Below are positions 1 through 6,637 of a stretch of DNA of 32,000 bases, in pieces. Every line of letters starts with the position of its first letter. Positions within the stretch are counted from its first letter, which is position 1. A program made the position numbers and the translations under genes. Source of the stretch: Muribacter muris. Its GTDB lineage: Bacteria > Pseudomonadota > Gammaproteobacteria > Enterobacterales > Pasteurellaceae. The stretch lies in assembly GCF_001038205.1 (NCBI RefSeq), contig NZ_JWIZ01000003.1, positions 71,281-103,280 of the forward strand. The letters run 5' to 3'. The notes under the pieces are model-generated. The model ran no database searches. It was given only the letters and a program-made list of their open reading frames with translations, and was not told the origin of the DNA.

Positions 1-462
1 ATTATTGATGATTTTCTCACCCAAGAAAATTTAGCCGATTATGTGTTGAAAGAGTATGATTATGTGATTGATGCGATTGATAATGTGCGGGTTAAGGCTG
101 CACTTATCGCCTTTTGCAAGCGACACAAAATTAAGCTGATTACCACGGGCGGCGCAGGCGGGCAGACCGACCCGACCCAAATTCAAATTGCCGATTTAAG
201 CAAAACCATTCAAGATCCGCTAGCAGCGAAAGTACGCAGTTTACTGCGTAAAGACTACGGTTTTAGCCGTAATCCGCAGCGAAAATTCGGGATAGAGTGC
301 GTGTTTTCCACCCAACCGCTGATTTTCCCGAAAATGAGCGAAGGCTGTGAAATATCCGCCACAATGAACTGTGCCAACGGCTTTGGCGCAGCGACAATGG
401 TAACGGCAACCTTCGGTTTTTTTGCCGTGAGCCGAGTGATTGAAAAATTACTGAAAGGGTAA
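1..462 (+). CDS. tcdA: tRNA threonylcarbamoyladenosine dehydratase TcdA (CsdL/YgdL), C-terminal part; the 5' end lies outside the window
   Basis: Frame 1 is open from nt 1. The translation ...DYVIDAIDNVRVKAALIAFCKRHKIKLITTGGAGGQTDPTQIQIADLSKTIQDPLAAK...GFGAATMVTATFGF... matches my recollection of E. coli TcdA closely. Stop TAA 460-462. Confidence 0.85.
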   Translation: MIDDFLTQENLADYVLKEYDYVIDAIDNVRVKAALIAFCKRHKIKLITTGGAGGQTDPTQIQIADLSKTIQDPLAAKVRSLLRKDYGFSRNPQRKFGIECVFSTQPLIFPKMSEGCEISATMNCANGFGAATMVTATFGFFAVSRVIEKLLKG

Positions 463-591
463 ATCTTTCAATATCAATAATGAAATGCGTTGATGGTGGA
501 ATTTTTATAAAAATAAATAGCTTAAATTAAAACGTAGTCTTTTTATGGTGATAAAATTATGGTGATTTGAATTTTGTCATTTTGTACGAAG

Positions 592-987
592 TTATTGAGT
601 AGAAGATTTTTTAAGTAGCTCAATAATTTGTTGCAGCATTGCGATTTCTTTTTTCTGCATTTCAATAACTTCTTCTTTATGAGATAATTCTTGTTTTAGA
701 TTTTTAATTTCAAACGCAATTTCTTGGGAAGAACCCATTATATTTAAACTATTACTGACAACGCTTTCCTGGAAAAACATCACATTTCGCTCACCTATCG
801 AAATAAGTTCCAGCATATCCATATCTAATATATTCGCAATTTGTTCTAGCCGTTCCGTATTTATTTTGCTTTCGCCTCTTTCTATTTTTGAGTAACCGTT
901 AGTGGACATATTCAATTTACTTGCCATTTCTTCTTGCGACCAATTTTTTGTTTCTCGCAAATGGCGGATTTTTTCGTTTATTTTCAT
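592..987 (-). CDS. XRE-family helix-turn-helix transcriptional regulator (131 aa) with a C-terminal coiled-coil tail
   Basis: MKINEKIRHLRETKNWSQEEMASKLNMSTNGYSKIERGESKINTERLEQIANILDMDMLELI is a typical HTH_XRE/Cro-CI domain. The C-terminus (EIKNLKQELSHKEEVIEMQKKEIAMLQQIIELLKK) is heptad-like. I prefer the ATG at 987 over the TTG at 999 used by the ORF track. Very AT-rich. Confidence 0.8.
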   Translation of the reverse strand: MKINEKIRHLRETKNWSQEEMASKLNMSTNGYSKIERGESKINTERLEQIANILDMDMLELISIGERNVMFFQESVVSNSLNIMGSSQEIAFEIKNLKQELSHKEEVIEMQKKEIAMLQQIIELLKKSSTQ

Positions 988-1006
988 TTTTACCAACAAT
1001 TAAGAC

Positions 1007-1099
1007 ATTACCCCAACTAAAAGGGGAGAAAAAACAACAGTGGGTTGATTGTAACATAAACTCAAGTCAGATGATAATAGCCAAAAAATTACCCACTAA
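1007..1099. promoter_or_regulatory. Divergent promoter/operator region between the XRE gene and the exported-protein operon, with three copies of an ACCCAC-containing motif
   Basis: ATTACCCCAACTAA (1007-1020) and ATTACCCACTAA (1088-1099) are direct copies; AGTGGGT (1039-1045) is an inverted copy of ACCCACT. Candidate minus-strand extended -10 is TGtTACAAT (1056-1048). Candidate plus-strand -35 is GTAACA (1051-1056) with -10 GATAAT (1073-1078), 16-nt spacer. The two promoters overlap back to back. Confidence 0.35.
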
Positions 1100-1111
1100 T
1101 TTGGAGTTACT

Positions 1112-2134
1112 ATGCAAATAAAAAAATCCCTTTATGCTTCGATATTACTTGGTTTAAGTATGTTCTCGCAAGCAAAAATTTTTGAGGCGTCTGGTGTAGG
1201 CAATACACCTGAATTAGCTAAAAAAGATGCAGTGGCAAATGCGATTAAATTTAGCGTTGGAGAAACAATCGTCAGTAAAGAGGAATTAAATAACGAGCAA
1301 TTTACACAGAGAATTGTCGGTTATTCTGACGGATATGTAAAAAATATCGAGATTATATCGAATATCCGTTTACCTAATGGGGGCTATGAAGCATCCGTAA
1401 AAGTAGATATTGAAAGCCAAAAGCTGATAGGCACATTAAAAGAAATGAATGTTGCCGTACTTGAAAATGCAATTGATAATACAAGTTTAATGGAAGCAAT
1501 AGCTCATTTTGAAAAAAAAGATGCGAATGAAAAGTCTAAAAATGATTATAAGACTCTTGCAGAAGAATTATTATTAAAGCCAATTCAGGAAGGTAAAAAA
1601 ATTATTGATATTGAAATTGTTGAAAAACTAAAACCGCTTAAGCCAAAAGAGAATTCTGATTTATTTCCTTTTGAATTTTCTGCGAGTATTGGTTTAAATC
1701 AGACTTATATTGAAGGGTTTAAAAAATTACTAGAGACAGATAAATCAAAAAATAGTATTAGAGAAGTGAGAGAATTATCAGATATGAATTCTGAAAAACT
1801 ATTGAATATATTTTATATTTCTGATGAGAAGAGTCAAATTCTGAACGATGTACTTAAAGAGGTTAATCGTTTGTTTGGCTATGATAAAACTATTATAGTA
1901 AATTTAATTAATAAAGATGGAAGTAAACCTCAATTATATAATAGAAAAGTAGTTGATTCTAGCTATTATGAAATAGGTGGTAATGACTCGGCACTACTTT
2001 TGTATCTTCCTGAAATTTATAGTAATATTTCAAGATGGCCTTATTTTTATTCTAAGAAAAATAATGTAAAAATTAAGCTCTATTTAACTAAAACTGATCT
2101 GTTAAATTTAAAAGATATAGAACTAACGTATTAA
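1112..2134 (+). CDS. Exported hypothetical protein (340 aa); Sec signal peptide; N-terminal LPP20/FlgT-N-like pattern; C-terminal ~230 aa unassigned
   Basis: GGAG lies 6 nt upstream of the ATG. MQIKKSLYASILLGLSMFSQA/KIF is a classic n-h-c signal peptide with no lipobox Cys. Mature N-terminus: FEASGVGNTPELAKKDAVANAIKFSVGETIVS...GYVKNIEII...GGYEASVKVDIE. No cysteine anywhere. Ends ...DIELTY. Confidence 0.75.
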   Translation: MQIKKSLYASILLGLSMFSQAKIFEASGVGNTPELAKKDAVANAIKFSVGETIVSKEELNNEQFTQRIVGYSDGYVKNIEIISNIRLPNGGYEASVKVDIESQKLIGTLKEMNVAVLENAIDNTSLMEAIAHFEKKDANEKSKNDYKTLAEELLLKPIQEGKKIIDIEIVEKLKPLKPKENSDLFPFEFSASIGLNQTYIEGFKKLLETDKSKNSIREVRELSDMNSEKLLNIFYISDEKSQILNDVLKEVNRLFGYDKTIIVNLINKDGSKPQLYNRKVVDSSYYEIGGNDSALLLYLPEIYSNISRWPYFYSKKNNVKIKLYLTKTDLLNLKDIELTY

Positions 2135-2166
2135 ATGATGAATTTATTTTTAATGAGGAAATCAGA

Positions 2167-2877
2167 ATGAAAAAAATCTTATTTAGTTTAAGTGCAATTT
2201 ACTTATCTCTCTTTTCTCCAATTACTTCTGCGCAGCAAGAGCCTGTTCCCCAGATAAAAAATGAGGCAGAACAATCTGAAGTAGTTGAAATTGTTGATAG
2301 TGTAACGGGAGTAAGCTATGAAGTAGATGAAAATGGAGAATTTGCAAGAATTCGAGCAACAGGCGAAGCTGAGCTTGAATTTGGTGATCGCAAAGATATT
2401 CGTATGGCAACCCAAAAAGCGACGCTAAGAGCAAAAGCAAATATTGCTAAATTCCTTTCAGAGCGTGTAACCAGCGAAGAGGTGATAGACAATGTCGAAA
2501 ACGTTGTAACTAAAACGGAGAATGCAGACAATGTAGCGACTAAAATGGAAAATGGAGAAAATATAACAACTAAGACAGAAAATGGTAACAAAAGCGCGAA
2601 TCGGGAAGTGATATCGAGCTATTTAGAAAAAATTCATAATTCTGCGGAGGCGCTATTAAAAGGCGTTATTGCGACTAAAACAGATATCAATAAAGATGAA
2701 AAATACGTTCAAATAGAACTGGGGATCAGTAAAAAAACAATGGCAGCAGCCGATACCTTAAAAAAGGAATTGCGTACAGACGCAACTGAAAAAAATGCTA
2801 TAAGTAACGGAATACCGATTGAATCAAATGGTGGTGGACGTGAAATTAAGAAATCTAAAAACTACGATAATTTCTAA
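2167..2877 (+). CDS. Exported hypothetical protein (236 aa), LPP20-like pattern interrupted by a 10-aa tandem repeat
   Basis: RBS AGGAAA upstream. Signal peptide MKKILFSLSAIYLSLFSPITSA/QQ. Also IRATGEAELEFGDRKDIRMATQKATLRAKANIAKFLSERVTSEEV ... ALLKGVIATKTDINKDEKYVQIELGI. Cysteine-free. Ends in ...YDNF. Confidence 0.75.
   Translation: MKKILFSLSAIYLSLFSPITSAQQEPVPQIKNEAEQSEVVEIVDSVTGVSYEVDENGEFARIRATGEAELEFGDRKDIRMATQKATLRAKANIAKFLSERVTSEEVIDNVENVVTKTENADNVATKMENGENITTKTENGNKSANREVISSYLEKIHNSAEALLKGVIATKTDINKDEKYVQIELGISKKTMAAADTLKKELRTDATEKNAISNGIPIESNGGGREIKKSKNYDNF
2491..2610 (+). repeat. In-frame 30-bp tandem repeat: 3 good units plus 1 degenerate unit, encoding NVENVVTKTE / NADNVATKME / NGENITTKTE / NGNKSANREV
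   Basis: Units begin at 2491, 2521, 2551 and 2581, each starting AATG. Read directly from the sequence. In frame with the CDS starting at 2167. Confidence 0.8.
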
Positions 2878-3202
2878 CGTTATAGGCATAATCTCTTTTT
2901 TAAGTATTATGCCGGCAGTTGCTAATTCATTTGGTGTTTCTTTAAAAAAAGAGAATGGCAAAATGGTTTATTTTATTGAAACAAAATTGGACACCATAAA
3001 TAGATCGAGAGATAGCCGAGTAGCACCGATATATGCAAAATCACAATTACTTAAGTATTTAAAAAATAAGCATTCATTTGCTTCTGTTGATTTAAAACAT
3101 TTTACTTTATTAAAAGTAGAAAAGCATAATGGATATTCAGTCTTTATTTTTAAAGTAAACAAAAGTAATGTGGTTTTTAAAGAGTTGGCAGCCGATAAAT
3201 AA
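2840..3202 (+). CDS. Small exported hypothetical protein (~120 aa); start uncertain (GTG 2840, ATG 2828 or TTG 2819); overlaps the 3' end of the preceding gene
   Basis: (M)KLRNLKTTIISNVIGIISFLSIMPAVANS/FG looks like a signal peptide. GGTGGTGG sits just upstream of GTG 2840. No in-frame start codon exists downstream of the preceding stop that would keep the signal peptide. Cysteine-free. Followed by a strong terminator. Confidence 0.55.
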   Translation: MKLRNLKTTIISNVIGIISFLSIMPAVANSFGVSLKKENGKMVYFIETKLDTINRSRDSRVAPIYAKSQLLKYLKNKHSFASVDLKHFTLLKVEKHNGYSVFIFKVNKSNVVFKELAADK

Positions 3203-3231
3203 GAATTTATCATTTTAGGTTAATAAGTAAA

Positions 3232-3277
3232 CGGTGGCTTTTGCAGATTTTATGGCAAAAGCCACCGCTTGTTTTTT
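3232..3277. terminator. Rho-independent terminator shared by the convergent exported-protein operon and lysO; contains a USS
   Basis: Stem cggtggcttttgc (3232-3244) pairs with gcaaaagccaccg (3255-3267), 10-nt loop, then cttgtttttt. ACCGCTTGT (3264-3272) is the reverse complement of the USS core. Confidence 0.8.
3239..3272 (-). repeat. USS composite: ACAAGCGGTg-N18-GCAAAA
   Basis: Minus strand reads ACAAGCGGTG GCTTTTGCCATAAAATCT GC AAAA. Confidence 0.8.
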
Positions 3278-4181
3278 ATAACCCGATAAAAAACGACATC
3301 AAAATCGGTACGGCAAGGTTAATGATAAAACCAAAACTGATTGCCAGTGGTACAACTTGAATGCCGCCGGATTTTTGGATAATCGGCAAGGTTGCATCTA
3401 ATGAGGTTGCGCCGCCTAAGCCGACGGCTGTCGAGGGATATTGCCGCATAAAAAACGGAATGGCGAACAGGCAGAAGATTTCTCGGAACAGATCGTTGAA
3501 AAAGGCGATGCTGCCGTACATTGCCCCCCACGCATCGTTGATCAGTACGCTAGAGAGGGAATACCAGCCGAAACCGGCGGTGAGTGCAAGGGATTTAATG
3601 AGCGGTAACCCCAGCACATAAGCGGCAATCACGCCACCGATTAAGCCGCTGACGATAAAAATCAGTGAGGTAATAAGCCCCCGTTTATTCAGAAACACCT
3701 CTTTCAGCGGAATACCGCTGCTGCGTAGCTGAATACCGACACAGAAAATCATCACCACTAACACATAAGTGCTGGAATAGAGCGGGAAATCAACCACGCC
3801 TTTGGTGAAAAAGCCGATAATCCCCCCAATCAACACAGCAAAACAGAGCTGTAACGATTCGCATAAGACTTTTCGGCGGGACGGCAGTGCTTCGGCGTGA
3901 TGGGTTTGACGGGGCATTGGGGCATATTTGTCAAACATCGCCAATGCCAAAATATTGCTGCCGTGCAAAATGTAAGCCAAGCCGAAGGCGGTTGCGCCGA
4001 TTTGCGGCAGCTTAGTTGCCAATTCGTCCAGTTGCCCAAGGGAAATTCCCATTATCAACAAAATCAGATAAAGGCAGTAAAGGCTGATGCGGTTGATCCA
4101 ATGTAGCACGCCGGTGTGTTTGATGACCAGCAGGTAGCCCAAAAATAGCGGGGCAAATGCAATCAGTAAGCCGTAAATCAT
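3276..4181 (-). CDS. lysO: Lysine exporter LysO (YbjE, DUF340 family) inner-membrane protein
   Basis: 301-aa polytopic protein. GFGWYSLSSVLI...AFFNDLFREI...GGATSLDATLPIIQKSGG... aligns with my recollection of E. coli YbjE along its full length. Confidence 0.85.
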   Translation of the reverse strand: MIYGLLIAFAPLFLGYLLVIKHTGVLHWINRISLYCLYLILLIMGISLGQLDELATKLPQIGATAFGLAYILHGSNILALAMFDKYAPMPRQTHHAEALPSRRKVLCESLQLCFAVLIGGIIGFFTKGVVDFPLYSSTYVLVVMIFCVGIQLRSSGIPLKEVFLNKRGLITSLIFIVSGLIGGVIAAYVLGLPLIKSLALTAGFGWYSLSSVLINDAWGAMYGSIAFFNDLFREIFCLFAIPFFMRQYPSTAVGLGGATSLDATLPIIQKSGGIQVVPLAISFGFIINLAVPILMSFFIGL

Positions 4182-4238
4182 AATCCTCTCCTTTTTTATT
4201 ATTGTTGCCGAAATTCTAACCGTTATAAAATGAAATTA

Positions 4239-4258
4239 AACTGTTTTTATATACAGTT
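4239..4258. promoter_or_regulatory. LexA (SOS) box upstream of dinB
   Basis: AACTGTTTTTATATACAGTT is CTGT-N8-ACAG with an AT-rich spacer and palindromic flanks (consensus TACTGT(AT)4ACAGTA). It lies 47 nt upstream of the dinB ATG, next to the -10-like TATACT (4267-4272). Confidence 0.8.
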
Positions 4259-4272
4259 TAATTTGTTATACT

Positions 4273-4306
4273 GCAAGCGGTCAGTTTCTTTCGGAGAATT
4301 GCAAAT
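4273..4306 (+). repeat. USS composite: gCAAGCGGTC-N18-GCAAAt (overlaps the dinB RBS and start)
   Basis: GCAAGCGGTC AGTTTCTTTCGGAGAATT GC AAAT. Confidence 0.8.
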
Positions 4307-5378
4307 GGGCGGTCAAGTACGAAAAATCATTCATATTGATATGGATTGTTTTTACGCCTCCGTTGAAATGCGTGAAAATCCGGCGTTAGTCGGTAAACCG
4401 CTGGCTGTTGGCGGCAAAGCGAACCAACGAGGCGTGTTGGCAACCTGTAATTATGAAGCCAGAAAATTCGGGCTACATAGTGCGATGGCAACGGCGCAAG
4501 CGGTAAAATTATGCCCAAATCTTATTTTGTTGCCGGTAAATATGCCGCTGTATAAACAGGTGTCGGCACAAATTCACCATATTTTCCGCCGTTATACCGA
4601 AATTATCGAACCGCTTTCGCTGGACGAAGCCTATCTTGATGTAACCGATTGCGAGCAGTGCGCCGGTTCGGCAACTTGGATTGCACAGGAAATCCGAACA
4701 GCCATTTGGCAGGAATTGCATCTGACCGCCTCTGCCGGCGTTGCACCGCTCAAATTCCTCGCCAAAATTGCCTCCGAGCAAAATAAACCGAACGGGCAGT
4801 TTGTGATTACGCCCGAACAAGTGTCGGCATTTATTGAAAGGTTGCCGCTCAAGAAAATTCCGGGGGTAGGCAAAGTTACTAATGAAAAGCTGGCACAAAT
4901 GGAGTTTTCCACTTGCGGCGATATTCAGCAATCCAATCCGCATTTTATCTATCAGCATTTCGGTAAATTGGGGCAGCGGTTGTGGGATTTTTGCCACGGG
5001 GTCGATCCTCGTTTGGTGGAAGCAAATCGCCTGCGTAAATCCATTGCCGTTGAAAATACCTTGCTGTCGGATATTGCTGATTTTGGGCAGGCGAAAGCGA
5101 TTGTCGCCGAGCATTTTGAGCAGTTGGTGCGGCGTTTGCAAAAAAATGAGCCGAACCGACCGCTTGCCAGCTATCAAAAGCTCAGCATTAAGCTGAAATT
5201 TGACGATTTTAGCCAAACGACTCTCGAAAGAACGATGAGCGGGGTAACATTGCCGGCATTTTTCGATTTATTGGCTCAAATTTGGCCTCGCCGACAAAAC
5301 CGGAAAATCCGGCTTATCGGGCTAAGTGTACAAATTCCAGTAGAAAAAGTCATAAAACAGTTAAATTTGTGGGAATAA
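4305..5378 (+). CDS. dinB: DNA polymerase IV (Y-family translesion polymerase)
   Basis: RKIIHIDMDCFYASVEMRENPALVGKPLAVGG...SLDEAYLDVT...GVAPLKFLAKIASEQNKPNG... are DinB hallmarks. GGAGAA RBS 7 nt before ATG 4305. The ORF-track start at 4230 would read through the SOS box. Confidence 0.95.
   Translation: MGGQVRKIIHIDMDCFYASVEMRENPALVGKPLAVGGKANQRGVLATCNYEARKFGLHSAMATAQAVKLCPNLILLPVNMPLYKQVSAQIHHIFRRYTEIIEPLSLDEAYLDVTDCEQCAGSATWIAQEIRTAIWQELHLTASAGVAPLKFLAKIASEQNKPNGQFVITPEQVSAFIERLPLKKIPGVGKVTNEKLAQMEFSTCGDIQQSNPHFIYQHFGKLGQRLWDFCHGVDPRLVEANRLRKSIAVENTLLSDIADFGQAKAIVAEHFEQLVRRLQKNEPNRPLASYQKLSIKLKFDDFSQTTLERTMSGVTLPAFFDLLAQIWPRRQNRKIRLIGLSVQIPVEKVIKQLNLWE
5134..5167 (-). repeat. USS composite inside the dinB coding sequence
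   Basis: Minus strand reads GCAAGCGGTC GGTTCGGCTCATTTTTTT GC AAAC. Confidence 0.75.
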
Positions 5379-5391
5379 TTGTTGTCAAAAT

Positions 5392-5420
5392 CTTGAATTT
5401 TTGTGGGATTGCCCCTATTT
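5392..5420 (+). promoter_or_regulatory. Candidate sigma-32 (RpoH) heat-shock promoter for htpX
   Basis: CTTGAA (5392-5397), 14-nt spacer, CCCCTATTT (5412-5420). Consensus is CTTGAAA-N13-15-CCCCATnT. E. coli htpX is a known sigma-32 regulon member. Confidence 0.6.
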
Positions 5421-5480
5421 TGCTGACTCGGTTTTTTGACCGAATTTGATGAATTTAACTCGATTGGAGAATTATCTATT

Positions 5481-6332
5481 ATGATGCGGATTGCACTTTT
5501 CCTCGCAACCAACTTTGCCGTAATGATTGTGTTGGGCATTATTCTAAACGTAACCGGCATTGCGGGTAACAGTACCGGCGGCATTTTAATTATGGCGTTA
5601 TTGTTTGGTTTTGCGGGATCGTTAATTTCCCTGTTCTTATCTAAAAAAATGGCGTTAAGCTCGGTGGGCGCAGAAATTATTACCGAGCCACGCAATAATG
5701 CGGAACGTTGGTTGGTTGAAACGGTGAAGCGTCAATCTCAACAAGCGGGCATTCCAATGCCGGATGTCGCGATTTACCATTCCCAAGATGTCAATGCGTT
5801 TGCCACAGGTGCAACGAAAAGTAACTCTTTGGTAGCGGTGAGTACCGGCTTGCTCAATACGATGACCCAAGACGAAGCGGAAGCGGTGGTTGCCCACGAG
5901 GTCGCACACATTGCCAACGGGGATATGGTAACAATGACCCTATTACAAGGAGTGTTGAATACCTTTGTGATCTTCTTATCCCGAATGATTGCAACGGCAG
6001 TATCAAGTACCCGTAACGATAATGGTGAAGAAAGCCAAAGCGGCGGCATTTATTTTCTCGTCTCAATGGTGTTGGAAATTATTTTCGGTGTGTTAGCGAC
6101 AATGATTGCAATGTGGTTCTCCCGCTACCGTGAATTTAGAGCGGACGCCGGTTCTGCCCAGTTGGTCGGTAAAGAGAAAATGATCGCTGCGCTGCAACGT
6201 TTACAGCGAGTACACGAGCCGCAAGAATTGGAAGGCTCACTGAATGCGATGATGATTAACGGCAAACGTAAAGAACTCTTTATGAGCCACCCGCCGTTAG
6301 AAAAACGCATTGAAGCGTTAAGAAATCTATAA
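5481..6332 (+). CDS. htpX: Membrane zinc metalloprotease HtpX (M48 family)
   Basis: [15 protein letters not shown]... with [12 protein letters not shown] (HExxH), near-collinear with E. coli HtpX. GGAGAA RBS before ATG 5481. Confidence 0.95.
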   Translation: MMRIALFLATNFAVMIVLGIILNVTGIAGNSTGGILIMALLFGFAGSLISLFLSKKMALSSVGAEIITEPRNNAERWLVETVKRQSQQAGIPMPDVAIYHSQDVNAFATGATKSNSLVAVSTGLLNTMTQDEAEAVVAHEVAHIANGDMVTMTLLQGVLNTFVIFLSRMIATAVSSTRNDNGEESQSGGIYFLVSMVLEIIFGVLATMIAMWFSRYREFRADAGSAQLVGKEKMIAALQRLQRVHEPQELEGSLNAMMINGKRKELFMSHPPLEKRIEALRNL

Positions 6333-6340
6333 TTAAATTG

Positions 6341-6370
6341 AAAAGCCATTGGTATGACCAATGGCTTTTT
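6341..6370. terminator. Bidirectional rho-independent terminator between convergent htpX and csp
   Basis: aaaagccattgg (6341-6352) / ccaatggctttt (6358-6369), 5-nt loop, with A/T runs on both sides. Confidence 0.85.
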
Positions 6371-6424
6371 GACATTAAACCGCCTTAAACAGCGTTTTGG
6401 GTATGGTTGCCGGATAATTGCGGA

Positions 6425-6637
6425 TTAAATCACTTTAACATTGAGGGCGGATGCGCCACGATCAGATTGCTGCATTTCAAATTCAACTTTATCGCCATCT
6501 TTGAGATTGCGGTAGCTGCTTTCGCTAATGATTGCAGAAAAATGCACAAATACATCATCGCCGCCTTGTTCAGGTGCAATGAAACCAAATCCTTTTACAG
6601 AATTAAACCACTTAACAGTGCCGATTAACTTTGACAT
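6425..6637 (-). CDS. Cold-shock domain protein (CspA family, 70 aa)
   Basis: [31 protein letters not shown] contains the RNP1 (KGFGFI) and RNP2 (VFVHF) motifs. Confidence 0.9.
   Translation of the reverse strand: MSKLIGTVKWFNSVKGFGFIAPEQGGDDVFVHFSAIISESSYRNLKDGDKVEFEMQQSDRGASALNVKVI

Noticed and set aside
501-514. Perfect 14-bp palindrome ATTTTTATAAAAAT as a terminator for tcdA or the XRE gene
   Set aside because: It is all A/T, so a hairpin would be too weak to terminate. Such palindromes arise easily in AT-rich DNA.
543-566. Direct repeat TTATGGTGAT-AAAA-TTATGGTGAT as an insertion-site duplication
   Set aside because: There is no matching copy at the right boundary (3203-3275), so it is not a target-site duplication. 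It might be a protein-binding site, but nothing else supports that.
921-1121. 66-aa plus-strand ORF spanning the XRE gene start and the divergent promoter
   Set aside because: It overlaps the XRE N-terminus antisense and then runs through the promoter/operator region into the start of the next gene. No RBS, and the peptide is low-complexity.
2203-2591. Three antisense ORFs (70-91 aa) inside the second island gene
   Set aside because: They are shadow ORFs of an AT-rich, repeat-containing gene. The sense frame has an RBS, a signal peptide and domain-like patterns.
2491-2610. Possible CRISPR-like or intergenic repeat array
   Set aside because: The units are contiguous with no spacers, are degenerate, and lie in frame within a CDS. 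This is a coding minisatellite, not a CRISPR array.
463-3275. Classical mobile genomic island, prophage remnant or toxin-antitoxin/defence locus
   Set aside because: I could find no integrase, transposase, tRNA, IS ends or convincing flanking direct repeats; only a weak shared TTTTATGG word. The XRE gene has no small partner ORF, and 463-591 is non-coding. All three cargo proteins are exported, which argues against a cytoplasmic TA or nucleic-acid-targeting defence system. It is kept as an AT-rich insertion of unknown mechanism.
4509-5216. 235-aa ORF antisense to dinB
   Set aside because: The plus-strand frame encodes a full-length, motif-complete DNA polymerase IV. The antisense ORF has no recognisable domains or RBS and is the usual shadow ORF.
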